Assembly (NCBI GenBank): GCA_003971905.1 | Contig: RSEE01000002.1 | Span: 124,001-188,000, forward strand | DNA from: Moniliella sp. 'wahieum' | Lineage: Eukaryota | Direction of reading: 5' to 3' | DNA length: 64,000 nucleotides | In this document: positions 12,596-25,220 of the stretch, piece after piece | How the letters are laid out: each line of letters begins with the position of its first letter | How positions within the stretch are numbered: position 1 is the first letter of the stretch | The notes under the pieces: generated by a model | What the model saw: the letters and a program-made list of their open reading frames with translations, nothing else | Databases searched by the model: none | What the model was told of the DNA's origin: nothing | Program-made: the position numbers and the translations under genes

Positions 12596-15500
12596 GGGCA
12601 AGGGCCCCGCCGTGGATGTGTGCCACGTCCACCTCCTCCGTCAAGATGGTCGCCTAGCGACCGCGCCTACATGTTTCCAGACGGAGTTGGGCACGCAAAC
12701 CACGTTAAGCCTAGTGGACACGGGGGCCGAGAGATCGTTTATTGACCGCGCGGAAGTGCGCAAACACGGGTACGTCATGAATCCACTCTCCGCCCCCTCC
12801 AGGTGCGGCTACTGGACGGAAGAAGAAGCTGCTCAGGCCAGGTTACTCACTCTTGCCTTCTGTCTTTCAACCTGGGCGGCCGAACGTTCAGCCACGAGTT
12901 CCTCGTTACGTCGATTCCGCGCTATCCAGCGGTCTTGGGTACCGACTTCCTTTACGCCAACGATGTGTCGCTCTCTTTCGCTCGAGATGGTTCAGCCGAG
13001 CTTAGTTCCAGGGCGATGGCCCCTCGATCGAGTGTTGTGGTATCATGGACATACGTTTAGTCTCGGCCTCCCTTCAATCACGAGCTTCAACGAGACGATG
13101 ATCTCCTAGTCGGCCAAGTGTGGGTTGACGATCAGGGCGAGGTGGTGGCTACGCCCGGAGAGATTCAAGTTGCTCAAGCGGAGACCGAGGCGGACGCGGA
13201 TGACGAGCCGGTGGAGGAGCGCGCCGTCAGTACGATGCCCAACGAGTTGCGTATGGTCGAGGACCCAGGCCCCGGGCAGTTGGATGTTGATGACCCAGTG
13301 GATGGGGTTTTCCCCGAGCCTCCGAAGCCGCGCCCCCTTGAGGAGATTGCCAAGCTCGTGCCCCCAGAATTCGCGGATTGCCTAGATGCCTTTGACGAGA
13401 ATCGGCTCAATCGTCTACCCCCGTTGCGTCCCGGTTATGACCACGAGATAGAGCTCCTACCGGGTGTCAAGCCTTTCTTCGGCAAGATCTATCCTCTGTC
13501 CACTACGGAATCGGCAGTGCTGGCCGAGTGGATCCGTTCAAACCTGGCCAGAGGGTGGATTAGCCGGTCCACATCCGCGTGGCGCTCCCCGGTGCTATTC
13601 GTTCGCAAGAAGTCGGGAGAGGTCAGAGTCGTGACGGATCTACGTGGCGTGAACGCTAGGTCTGTCAAGAAAAGAGTGCCTCTTCCCCTCATCGACGAAA
13701 CGCTCCAGCGCCTGTCGGGGTGGAAGTACTACACCCAGTTGGATCTCAAGAGCGCCTACAACCTGGTCCGAGTTGCCCCCAAGTCTGTCCGTATACCGCA
13801 GTGGGTACCAAATTCGGTTCTTTCGTTTCCAATGTGATGCCGTTTGGCTTGCAAGGAGCGGGTTCCACCTTCACTACCCTCATCAACGCGGTGCTATCGG
13901 ACTTTATCGACACGCACGTCTTCTGCTACCTGGATGATCTCGCGATCGTGCACAATGATCGAGGTGAGCATGTTCGAGTGGTCAAAGAGGTTCTGAAGCG
14001 TCTAGCCGACAACCATCTGGTGGTTGGCATTGACAAGTGCAAGTTCTTCCAAGATTCCATTTCGTTCTTGGGGCATCGGGTGGGCACACTAGGCTTATCC
14101 ATGGAGGTCGATCGGGTCAAGGCAGTGTTGGATTGGCCCACGCCCAAGTCGCCGAAGGAGTTGCTCCGCGCTTTAGGGTTTATGAACTTCTGGAGAATCT
14201 ACGTGCCGTCCTACTCGCAGTACACCGCGCCCCTGACCCAATTGCTTCACAAGGGTCAGCGTTGGGAATGGACCCCCGAGCACCAACGTTGTTTCGATCG
14301 TCTCAAGGAAGCGTTTACTCAAGCCCCAGTGCTGGCGCCCTTCGACCAGAACAAGCCTTTGAGAATCGAGTCGGACGCGAGTGGCTATGCCGTGGCAGCG
14401 GTCCTCTCTCAGCCTCACGAGGGCCGGCAGCGCCCCATAGCCTATTGGTCAAGGAAGCTTACGCCCGCCGAGCAACGCTGGGGAGTAGGAGATCAAGAGT
14501 TGTTACCCCTAATCACGGCGCTCAAGGTTTTCGGCATCTGGTGGAGTCGGCCCCGGAGTTGGAGTTGGTGACCGACCACAAGAATCTGGTGAGCTACAAC
14601 GACGAAGGGCAGCGGAACCGCCGGCAAGCGAGCTGGCGCGTGTTTCTTTCGGCCTACCAACCAAGGATGATTTATCGTCCCGGGTCGAAGAATGGTGCTG
14701 CGGATGGATTATCTCGTCGTCCAGACCTAGTCGAGCAAGCCAAGAGCGAAGGCGCGGCCGATGCAGCCGAGTGGCGCAAGCAACCGATCCTGCGAGCCAA
14801 GTCAGAGGAGCATGTTGAGGACTATGAGTCGCTCCTGTTGCCGGGAGCCAAGGTGGTGCCGCAAGCCGGGGTTGAAGCGCATGCGGGCGAAGTGGAAGCA
14901 GTTGAGGAGCAGCCGCCCGAAGGCGAGGTGATTGAAGCCATACGAGAGCTCAAGGAGCACGACAGCGGGTACGAGGCCATCGTGGAGCGAGTCGAGGAAG
15001 GTTGTGCGCCGCAGGAGTATGAATGCGCAACGGGTTGCTCTACTTCCAAGGGAGAATCTACGTGCCCGAATCCGAAGCACTGCGGTATACCTTGCTCCAC
15101 GACCACCATGACAAGCCCGAGGCTGGCCACCAGGGAAGAGAGCGCACGTACGATCAGTTGGCGCGTTGGTACTATTGGCCAGGAATGACTTTCGATGTGC
15201 GTCGTTATGTGGGAACGTGCTCGTCATGTCAGACTGTCAAGAGCCGCCGCCATCGTCCCTATGGTCTACTGCAACCGTTGGAAGTGCCAGCCCGACCTTG
15301 GTCAAGCTTCAGTATGGATCACTTCGGTCCCCTGCCAGAGGGAGGACTTGGGAGCAAGGGCGAGACGCTGAACATGGTGCTGGTGGTGGTGGATCGGTTG
15401 TCCAAGATGGTGGTGCTCATCCCGTGCAGCTCCGGCGACACGGCGGGTCGTTTGCTTGAGCGGCTGACGGAGAAGGTGTTCAACGTGTATGGGCTGCCGA

Positions 15501-16426
15501 CCGAGATCGTGAGCGACAGAGGGCCGTTGTTCACTTCGTCCCAGGTGCGTGGCTTTTGCGAGAAGCATGGCATTCGCCAAAGCATGGCCACTACCCAGCA
15601 CCCTCAGTCCGATGGGCAGTCGGAGCGGTTTGTCGATCTGGTTAAGACTCATCTGCGCCATTTCGTTAACCATCTGCAGTCCGATTGGGTCGAGTACCTT
15701 CCCTCAGCCGCCTTCGCGCTCAACACCGCTCGCTCCGCTTCAACAGGGTTGTCTCCGTTCTACATCATGCATGGGTTCCAGCCGCTCAAACCAGGTGACC
15801 CAGTCGCTGCCGTGCGAGAGAATGAGCCAGGGGAGGAACATCAAGAGGCTCGGAACGAGGCGATTGAGACGGCCAAGGGAGCTTTGGAGCAGGCGCGCAA
15901 GAGAGCCAAACACTATGCCGATCGGTTGCGGAGCGAGGCGCCGGAGCTGGAAGCGGGAGATTGGGTGCTGGTTGATCAGGAGCGGGTGCCGTCAACTCGG
16001 CCGAGTGGATCGTTGGAGCGCAGGTACTTGGGGCCATTTAAGATCAAGGCCAAGGTACACGAGGGGGCGTATGTGGTTGACCTTCCCCCGTCGATCAAGA
16101 TCCATCCTGTGCTCAACATCTCTGCCCTCGAGCCGTACCGCTTCGATGCCGTGCCAGCCCGGCACGAGCCCTTACCTCCACCGCCCGAAGTTGAGCGAGG
16201 CGAAGAACACTGGCTCGTCAAGCGCATCCTCGATTCCCGTTGCTACCGTCGCCAGTTCCAGTACCTGGTCTCCTTCGTCGGCTTCCCTGAGTCAGAGAAC
16301 GATTGGGTGCCCGCCAACGACATGGGGGATGAGGCTCCAGTGGTGATCGAGTTCCACACCCAGCACCCCGAGAAATACTGCTCCCAAGCACGCAAACGGG
16401 CCTTGGCCCGCCTTCTCGAGGAGTAG
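12596..16426 (+). CDS. pol: Retrotransposon Pol: aspartic protease, reverse transcriptase, RNase H, integrase, chromodomain (split by indels)
   Basis: LVDTGAERSFI (PR); SPVLFVRKK, LDLKSAYN, MPFGL, YLDD (RT); ESDAS, TDHKNL, ADGLSRRPD (RH); HHDKPEAGH...CSSC, SMDHF, SDRG, GQSER, GPFKI (IN); VKRILDSR...QYLVSFVGFPESENDWVP (chromo). Confidence 0.96.
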
Positions 16427-16500
16427 TACCCCGCCCCAGTTCCCCCAGGTTCGGTTGAGGAGGAGAAGCCCAACCTGGTAGGCGTGCGGACACGCCTTGT

Positions 16501-16514
16501 GAAGGGGAGCGTAA
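16501..16514 (+). promoter_or_regulatory. Polypurine tract
   Basis: GAAGGGGAGCGTAA directly upstream of the 3' LTR TG. Confidence 0.8.
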
Positions 16515-17393
16515 TGTTACGGGCCGCGTCGGATCCAAGATGGTCTGATCCTAGCTAAGGCCCGCCTGCTCTGCACCAACCCAGTGGAGCGCGCCCCCAA
16601 GCCCAACCAAGTTTGACGATGGTTGGTTGTACCCTGTACGGTGGTCCGAGTTGCCATGCGTACGCGCGACAGTAGTCGCCTCCCGCCCAAGTCCAAGTCG
16701 GTGGTCAAAACGAGACCACCAAGTATTCAGTATCTTTGCGACGTCCGTCGCCCGTCACCACTTATTTTCCTTTCTCGATCGCGCCTGCGGCGATCAACCT
16801 TATAGCCCGTCACCACTTATTTTCCTTTCTCGATCGCGCCTGCGGCGATCAACCCCTCTTTTGACGTGCCTTTCTTTCTACACCCCCTTTTGTGTCTGTT
16901 TCCCCTTTTTCGATTAAGCCTGTACCCCCGGTGGTGGGGGATCTTTTCCTCCACCCTCCATTTCGTCCCTTTCCCGCCTATCCTGTCCGACTCCTGCCCG
17001 TTTCCAGCCAATTGATCCAGTACAGGCAGCTCTTCTTGTTAGCGTCCGACTTCTCCTCCGACCTCGTCCTCCAGCCCCTCGTCAACCCCATCGCGCGAGC
17101 CCTCCTTTGGCCGCGGCGATTCCCAGTCTCAGTTAAGGCATGTTTGTCCGCCGCTGCCTCCTCCCGTCCCTAAGTCCCGGAGGCTTCAGACACGTTACCT
17201 TACTACGGCCCAAGCCGGTGCAGACGCAGCCTTGCCACACGTGCAGCCGCCCCACCAAAGGCCTCTCTCTCGTCCCTAGCTCCGCTCACAACCAACCAGC
17301 CCAAGCCCGAAACTACCGTGAGTCGTCCTTCCGTCTCCTAAGGGATTGTACCCAAGAACCTGGTGAGCCCCCTGGCGGGGCCCGCCCGTGACA
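16515..17393 (+). repeat. 3' LTR (879 bp; carries a 50-bp internal duplication)
   Basis: Same termini as the 5' LTR. Extra copy at 16805-16854 of 16750-16799, separated by TTATA. Confidence 0.97.
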
Positions 17394-17736
17394 GATGGGC
17401 TGGATAAGCGGAGTGGGGCTGAAGAGGCCGGTGGCAGAAACCCGACGCTTGTGGCGACAGGCATTTGGGGCTGCAACCCACGCCTCACCGTCTGGCCTCT
17501 TACTCCATAACCGCCCCTTCGCTTCGGCCATGCCCCTGCGCATGGGACGCATGACAGTTATCCGTCACCTGGCTCGTTCGCCGGCAAAAGAAGCTTCGCA
17601 TCATATCAAAGCGCCGCCCATGGCCCCATCTCAGATCTCACGTCTCGAGAGGTTCCGGCTGATGGGTCCGGGATGCGCACCACCCTGTGGCCTGGCTACT
17701 GATGACTGACGACTGCCACCAAACCTATACTCATCC

Positions 17737-19900
17737 TCATCGCGCAATGCATGTCCATTTGGTTCTCGCATCAATCACTGTCACTGTCCGAAGAGTCGTC
17801 GCTCTTGCCCCTCCTCCGACAGCAGCCACGGCAGGTGCTTTCTTCTTGGCGCGCTTGTCCCACAGGTGCATGGCACCGTTCGTTGCAATCCTCTGGGCCA
17901 CGTCTTTGCTCAGCGCGTTGGCGCTCAGTTTGGGGGACTTCCTGCTGATCCTCAAGTCCATGTGCGGCTTGTGGTGTGGTGGACTTCGCATAGCGTATTC
18001 GTTCATATACCAGCCGCTTCCCGTTCTTGGCTTTAAAATGAGACGCCGCCGGGATGAAGTACTCAATCGCCTCGTTCTCCCCCGAGATCGGGTCCTTCTC
18101 GTAGTTGTGCACCAGTACTTTCTGGCCGTCCTGCTCTATCATGCACTTCTTGGTGCAGGCGTGCTGGAGAGGCGCCTCGCTGCCAACATCCTGTGGTGAA
18201 TGTCCCAGTGTCAGTACTTGATGAGCAATCGTCACGCAGCCGGAGGATTCAGCACTCATCGGTGCTCACCGTCAATAGGGCAAACTTCAGGAGCATCACC
18301 ATCATCGAGTTCGCGGACAATGCGGCAGCCTGAGCGATGCGTGCTACCCGTGATGATGTACGGCCTGTACCCGACCCAGGCAGCCTTCTCATCCAACGGA
18401 TCGCGCCCAATCCGGAGGATTTTGCCAATAACAAAGTCGGCGGACGCGCTGTACTCGGCCGACTTCTGGCCGATCGTCACGTTCATCCCCACACGGATCA
18501 TCTCCCCTGTAGCGATAACAGCCGCCTTGCCCACCAGGTACTGCGCCCGCACCTTGACACGGTCCGCCAACTGGAAACGACCCAGCTCCTCGTCGGTGAG
18601 GTTGTTGCAACCCACCGAGGATTGGTTCTTGGCTGGGGCCAGCACTAACCCATGCCATCAGAGTTGTAGTCGGGCTCTTCCTTCCCTTGCTCCAGCACCC
18701 GGGAGGAGCCCCAGGCCGATCCACCACCGAGCCGTCACTAGACACATCGTACCCGGTGAAGAGTGGTGCAGAATCTTCTCTGCGACCATGACGTTGTACA
18801 AGGTGTCACGCGGGAGGTTCTGGAAGTTGCAATGGGCAACGGACGCACGGATGTGCTTCACGCGACCCTCGAATCTGGCAGAGTCCGTGTTCTGGAGAGG
18901 GCCGAACAATTTGAGCGCATCAGACGTATGCGCCAGGAGGAGATGGAGCTTCGGTCGCGTCGCGACCATGGCGCTGTCGGGGCCGAGTCTCGAAAGGCGT
19001 TCGATCAGTCGGTATGCAGTCTGGGTCGCCCGGTACTATTCCAGCCATAACAGGCATGTCAGCGTCTAAACCCGTATATCAACCAAGGCTGTGGGACGTA
19101 CCATGAACTGCGCCCTGGCCTGCCCGGCAGCCGGGTACCATGTCCTGGAAAGCAAACCATGCAGGTCGGCTGCCGCGACGATAGCGTCATAAAGCGGAAC
19201 CGGAAACGTGAACTCCTTCTCATCGTTGGCCTCTTTTTTCCGGTCTCGAGGATGGGGAGTGCCGCGAATGGGAGAGCCACAAGCATAGAGCGCACATCCT
19301 TCCCAACCCCAGTCTTTAGGTTAGCCAACAAACCCCTAGCTCGGATATTGGTGCCCTCTGCGCCAGGGATACCCTCCGTGTTGAGATCGCTGATGAATAT
19401 CAGTCTCTTGGTTGCGGATTTGCTCGACACGCTCATTCGGGGCGCCGAGCGGGTTGTCATGCGCCCGCGGGCGGCAAAGGACACGCCCGTGGGCTCTTGA
19501 GGGTGGTCCAAAGGAAACACTGGGCTACGTCTGGCATAAGTCGTCCTCGGCCATGGTAGTGTCTACAGGCGAGGAGGCACGGGAAGCACAGGGGAAGGCG
19601 AGCATGCGTCAGGTGGCTGGGGCATGCTCGCATCTTCGGCCACCTCGTCAATGGCGTGATTGGCCCCCATCCTCGCACCCAGCACCACGTTTTGGCTGTA
19701 CCTGCGCACCTTCGTGTGCTTGAGTGCATGAAACCGGACATCGGTCGAACTGGGCAAGCAGGGAACTGGTACAGCAACCTCTCGTCCTGCTTCATGGTGA
19801 ACCAGGCCGCGGGAAAAGGTACAGCAGATGCGTCTGTCCTATTGTGCACGCGTGCGGCTCGTTCCATCGGTCGGCATTTTGGTGAGCCGACGTCGAAACA
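17737..19900 (-). mobile_element. Degenerate or internally deleted DNA-transposon ORF, CMC/EnSpm (CACTA/Plavaka)-related basidiomycete family
   Basis: Minus-strand fragments GKDVRSMLVALPFA, RPKLHLLLAHTSDALKLFGPLQNTDSARFEGRVKHIRASVAHCNFQNLPRD (PKxH...H...FGP...RFE pattern), LQHACTKKC and YMNEYAMR resemble the C-terminal half of these transposases. No TIRs located. Confidence 0.6.
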
Positions 19901-20626
19901 TGGCGGTGGCGACTTGGTAAAATTATGGGCGAGATGGGTTGTACATATGATATGGATTGCTGGGTGCTTTTTTTGTCACAGGTCCGGCAGACGATCGCGG
20001 CCCTCTCTAACCTTAACCCTTGCTCCCCTTAAAACTTGCCCCCTCTCCCAGAGACGCACGCTCTCCCGCTTCGTTGATGCTCTTCCAAGGCGTATTACAT
20101 TCGTGATCCCCTATCTGAAGATGAGAGTGGAGCAGTCCAGATGGCCACCCTGATGGGTGATGCGGTAGCACTATAGTGTTGGCAGTATGATGGTCGAATA
20201 CGCCAGCCAACGACACGCCTAATGCAAGGGAGCATGAAAGAGCAACAGAGGCTATATACCTTAGGGCTGCGGAGATCATGGACAAAGCCAACACAAAAGC
20301 TAAATGGAATGGTTACAACACCGGAGCTCCTTCACCTCGATCAGGGACGATAGCCCCTGGTCGAAACACACAGACCATACTGATGCGGTTCGTCTCACCG
20401 TATATCGCAAGCACTTTGGTGCATCTTGCGTGAACGTTGAACATAACAAGTCACAAGGCGACCACCGGGCCTACGGCCCGGGCAGCTGGGGCTTCGCCCC
20501 AGCTTGTAAAAAGTCATGTGGTGCCCATTCACTTGAAGCTTGACGTAACACTTGATGTAACACCATAGGTCACTAGTCACTAGTAAAGCTCAAGTGAGGA
20601 TAATCGTGACCTGTATAGCGATTCAC

Positions 20627-20829
20627 CCGGTTATGGAGACCGCAATGGATGCTGAAGCGTTTGGGACAGTAGCGTAGGCGATCGATTGCGGGCGAGAGAT
20701 AGGCGTTGGTGGTAGGAAGCAGGACGAGGGCTACTGGACAAGGCTACTAGTCGTTGACTTACGCGCGCATCAGCAATCTTCGGGGAGCCCTTGGAGTCTC
20801 GGGGCTAGAGAGGCCGCAAGTGCGCCGCG
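20627..20829. repeat. Diverged direct repeat, copy 1 (about 200 bp)
   Basis: Aligns by eye to 25771-25970 (shared blocks GGAGACCGCAATGGAT, GCTGAAGCGT, CAGTAGCGTAGG.GATCGATTG, ATAGGCGTTGGTGG.AGGAAGCA.GACGAGGGCTAC, CTCGGGGCTA). Confidence 0.85.
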
Positions 20830-22177
20830 TTCGATGAAGCCAGTCACCGTCGAAACAGACAACTAGTACCACAGCAAGTCGCAAATAGGCAAAGTCAAAA
20901 TGGCGCTCTTGATTGAGATGATTAGACCCTCGAACACTGCTGCAGGGGGCCGCTAGTGTTGAGGCGTTAGACATATATACTATAGCTTACCTAGGCCCCT
21001 GGCGTGGCCCAGATTGGCCTGTGCGCACAGATTGGCTGCGCCACACGCGCGCCTCCTTTTAACCTCCTGCTCCTTGTGGTTGCATCCTGTCTCTTCACCA
21101 CCGCCCCTCTCATTGCGCCCGTAGCAACCAGTATCCCATCTCTGCAGCCAACACATCGCAGAGTGCTCTGTGCCACGGCGCAAAAGCACCATCTTCTTCC
21201 CCTGGCCATCAATATCACCATCGTTGCTGCTTGCACCTCTCCCGCCACACTCCGTCCTCCTCGCCTCGTCAGTATCGCTGTTGGACGCCCCCTCTGCCTC
21301 TCGCCCCGTCCCCCTCTCACTGTCTGCATTGCTTTTGTCGTACGTGTTCTTTTGCCCGCCAGAGCTCTGTTGCTGACCCCGCCTACACAGACTCCCCCTC
21401 GCGGGTCATCTTGCCCTCGTTTCACCTCTGGTCCGCAGTGTCATCGTACGTGCCCGCTTCCTCCGCATTCCCCTCACTTCTGCTGACCTTGTGGGTCGCA
21501 TGCGTGACGTGCATGCACCGTTTCGCTCGCCTTCGGCCCACCCTTGTCCGTCTTCTCACTTTTTGACTCGACTGTGGTTCTCTCGCTTGGCTGGTCTGCC
21601 TTTGCTATCGTACGTCCCCCGTACTTCGCGCTTGAAGTTATATCCTGCCCACTGACACTGTCTGCCCAGCTGCTGCATGCACGGAATCCCACGGTTGGTT
21701 CATCTCGCCTTGCTCGCCTCAACTCACCTGACCTGTTTCGCGGTCGTAAGTCCCTTCTGTTATATGCCAACGCTGTTCCTAACCTTGTTCGCCCTATCAG
21801 TGTACATTCCGACTTCATCCCGCTTGCCCTCGCTACTGGCCGTCTTCATCGCCTGACCCGTGAGTCCGTCGCACATTTTCTGTGTCTCTCGCTAACCCTA
21901 TGCTGCTGCTGACTTGGCCAGCGTCTCCCTAGTGCACACTCCCCTCACACTAACCTGCCACTTTTTGAACCGCTCGCTGCTCTACTACGTTGTGGTGCTT
22001 CCGTCTGACGTCACACCTAACAGTGGTTGCCGTGTCATCGCTTCCCAGCGATCTTCGAATGCATTCTATACCTAAAAAATACCTACCCTGCCTATAAATC
22101 TAGTAGTTCTGGATCGATGCCAGCCCCATCCAACCAGCCGGTTAGAAAGCCTACAAGCACGCATCCAATCAACAGCT

Positions 22178-22270
22178 AAGCGTTTGGGCGCATTTGGGCT
22201 AAGCGCTTGATCATGTGGCCAAAGCGCTTGATCTCTTGGGCCAAAGCGCTTAACCTCATGTGGCCAAAGT
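22178..22270. repeat. Imperfect tandem repeat, 4 copies of 21-23 bp (AAGCGCTTGATC..TGGCCA)
   Basis: Units start at 22178, 22201, 22222 and 22244. Confidence 0.75.
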
Positions 22271-23702
22271 GCCAAGGTAATATTCGTAAAAATTTACTCA
22301 TTTTTGGGTGATGTGGTCATCTAAGCAAAATATTAATTTTCACCAGCCCGTGGTAGGTTTTGTTGATAGAACGAGAATCCTGGCAGTTACGATAGCGAGA
22401 GCGATACCGACAGAAGAGAAATTGAGTAGTGATAGGGAGAGAAGCCAATAAGCGATAAGGGAGTGGAGGAGACTGGGGACAAGACGACTTAATCGTTGCC
22501 CCGTGACAGAGTCGCACCGGCGACTTTGCCGTCGCCCTGTGACAGTCGCACCCTCTTTTATTTCATTCGGCGAGGGTCCAGACAGATTGAAGCAAGTGGC
22601 CCCTACAAAAGAAAGATGATTTATCTGGGGATAACAGTTGAGCACGAAGAGGTTTTTGTGGGCTGGATGAGCGTAATGATGCTCGCTTCATCATATTTTC
22701 TTGCCCCCCTCCCCCCCATCAGTATAGGCGTTTTTTGAGGGCAGAATCTACCAAGGTGGGAATTAAAGACGTGAAAGACGGGTGCGAATTAAGCGTAGCC
22801 TAATACTAGTGGTACACTCTTCCCACGAGAAAAGACGGGCAACTCATGTTCTTGTATGAAGCCGGCCTGAAGCTTGAAGGCTGCACTGGTACAAGGGTGG
22901 ACTTGTTAGTGCAAGTCGTCCTTGTCGCTTTGAAGGGAGGGCACTCTTGCGTACACGACGGGCGTATGAAGAGATTGATTCAGTCCGCATATAGCGGCCT
23001 GAAGGACCTGATCGGTGATCGGTGATCAGCACTGAGGCTCAGCGCTCAGCCCGCCCCAGCTCAGCGCCTGTCCGACACTCCGACACCGCAATGCAAGGTT
23101 TCAAACGGGAGGTGACTAGGTGACTGCTACGGTTGCATCGCCCTAACAAACAAATAGCCGCGGCAGGGTTATAGGAGCATCATGCATCATGCACATCATG
23201 TATCATGCACCAGCACGTGCGTGTCACAGACATGCTACACATGTCAAAATGCCACCAAGTCACAGGCCATGTCATATGTCGCAACGCCTGACAAAAAGAA
23301 CTGTCAACAGGGAGTCTCAGTACTCAGTGAGTACTCTCGTATATCCTCGCCAGCAATAGAGCTCGAAAACACCTTACAATTCCTACCTGGGGGTCCCTCC
23401 AAAACGTATGCACTCTGCTGCCATATTAATCGACACCATCCTCCTTTGGGGAAGAGTTAAGAAGGTCGTCTCTCTCGATTCAACTGAAGAATTAAGAGCT
23501 TATCTCTCTACTCTTCAACTAAGCATCAAGCTTCAACCCTTCAACCCATCAAGCTTCAAGCTTCAACAGGCTTCATGAAGCTTGTTCAAGATAATACGAC
23601 ATCGTATGACTACAATATCGGAGTTACACATCCTCACTCTCATATGTTCGATGATCGATCATCTCGTCGATCACATACAAAAAGGCCCAAAACAAGACCC
23701 TT

Positions 23703-24728
23703 TTAGAGGGTAGCAGGGTCGAATACGAAGCGGTACTTGACGTCACTCTTCTCCAAACGTTCCCAAACGTGGTTGATGTCCTTGTAGCTCACTTTCTCAA
23801 CAGTGGCAGTGATGTTGTGCTTGCCACAGAAGTCAAGCATCTCCTGGGTCTCCTTGATACCGCCAATGAGCGAGCCGGCAAGCATTTTGTTCCCCATCAC
23901 CAAACCAGCGGTGTGAAGTTGGTCGGGCCCAAATGCCAGCAAGAGCCATGGTGCCGTGAGGCTTCAAAAGGGCCACAGTAGCAAGGTGTTGGTCCACCGC
24001 GATCGTGTCAATAATGATGTCGAACGTGCCAGCAGCTGCCTTCATCTGCTCTGGCTTGGAAATGATCAGCAAGTGGTCAGCACCGAGCGACTTCGCCTCC
24101 TTCCCTTGGATTCGGAACGAGACGAAACAGTGACCTCAGCACCCATTGCGTGAGCAATCTTGATGGCCATATGGCCCAGACCGCCCAAACCAGCAATAAG
24201 AACCTTCTTCCCGGGGCCAGTGCCGAAACGGGACAGGGGAGAGTATGTGGTAATGCCAGCACAAGCAACGGGGCGGCGCCGAAAGGTTCCAGGTTTTCAG
24301 GTACCTTGAGAACGATCGCCCCGAACAACGATGCTCTGCGAGTAGCCTCCAACGGTGTACGAGCCATCGATGCGGTCCTTACTGTTGTACGTCATGGTGG
24401 GGCCTTCATGGCAGAAATGCTCCTCAGACAAGTCACATTGCTCGCAGTGCTTGCACGAGTCCACCATGCAGCCAACACCCACATAGTCACCCTTCTTGAA
24501 TCGAGGGTCGCGCGATTCGCTCACCAGCCGCAATTTCGTGACCAGCCACAAGGGGATAATGAACTGGGCCCCAGTCACCCCGAGCAGTGTGGAGGTCGGA
24601 CATGCAGAAGCCACAAGCAGTGATGTCAATCGCGACATCGTTCTCGCGTAGGTCGCGACGCTGCGCGGTACCAGGCACCAGGGGCCGGTAGCATCGTTGA
24701 CCTGGTAAACTTTAACAGTGGTAGGCAT
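23703..24728 (-). CDS. NADP-dependent Zn alcohol dehydrogenase, cinnamyl-alcohol-dehydrogenase (YahK/AdhC-like) family; intronless
   Basis: [57 protein letters not shown] and [17 protein letters not shown]...KSDVKYRFV across frameshifts; about 340 codons. Confidence 0.93.
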
Positions 24729-25220
24729 AGCGTCTGGACACGCAGTGAGCAAATGGCTGTTGTTAGTTACTCAATCAATAGCAAATTTTTAACCCTTCTT
24801 CTGTTGGCGACATTGACACGAGAGTGCAAATGCGAGAACAGTAGTGACGCACCGAATGAGCAAGAAAGCAATCCGTGTGGAAAGGAGGAAGATGAGCGAG
24901 ATGGGATGGGATGGAAGTTCGGAAATTGTAGGATTGAGGGGGTTTTTATAGTCCCGAAGAGGTTGGGGGAGACGTGTCGCTGTGCCGGCCTGAGGCCTGA
25001 TGTCGCACGTCACATGCAATGTCATCAGTCAGTGCATCGCAAAGCGCACCACTCTCGAGCATCATGTATCGTTCATCAGCCAATCATCGATCTCGTCTTC
25101 CTGATTGGCTCGACTGGTACAGCTATCACCAGAACCCTCCGCCACGCAGGCCACAGCCATAGATGAAAGACACCGGGACTCCCTCAGTTCCTGAGGCGGC
25201 TTGATGCTGGATGATGGATC

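Larger units (their letters stand above)
10484..17393 (+). mobile_element. Full-length Ty3/Gypsy LTR retrotransposon (chromovirus)
   Basis: Two near-identical LTRs (TG...CA), 5-bp TSD GATGG at 10479-10483 and 17394-17398, gag followed by PR-RT-RNaseH-IN-chromodomain, a PBS-position motif and a PPT. Confidence 0.98.

Noticed and set aside
18200..19069. 289-aa plus-strand ORF
   Set aside because: Antisense to the transposase-like fragments, which carry the recognisable motifs.
21004..21960. C/T-skewed segment with coding-like codons (possible TE ORF relic)
   Set aside because: Multiple stops in all frames and no motif I can assign.
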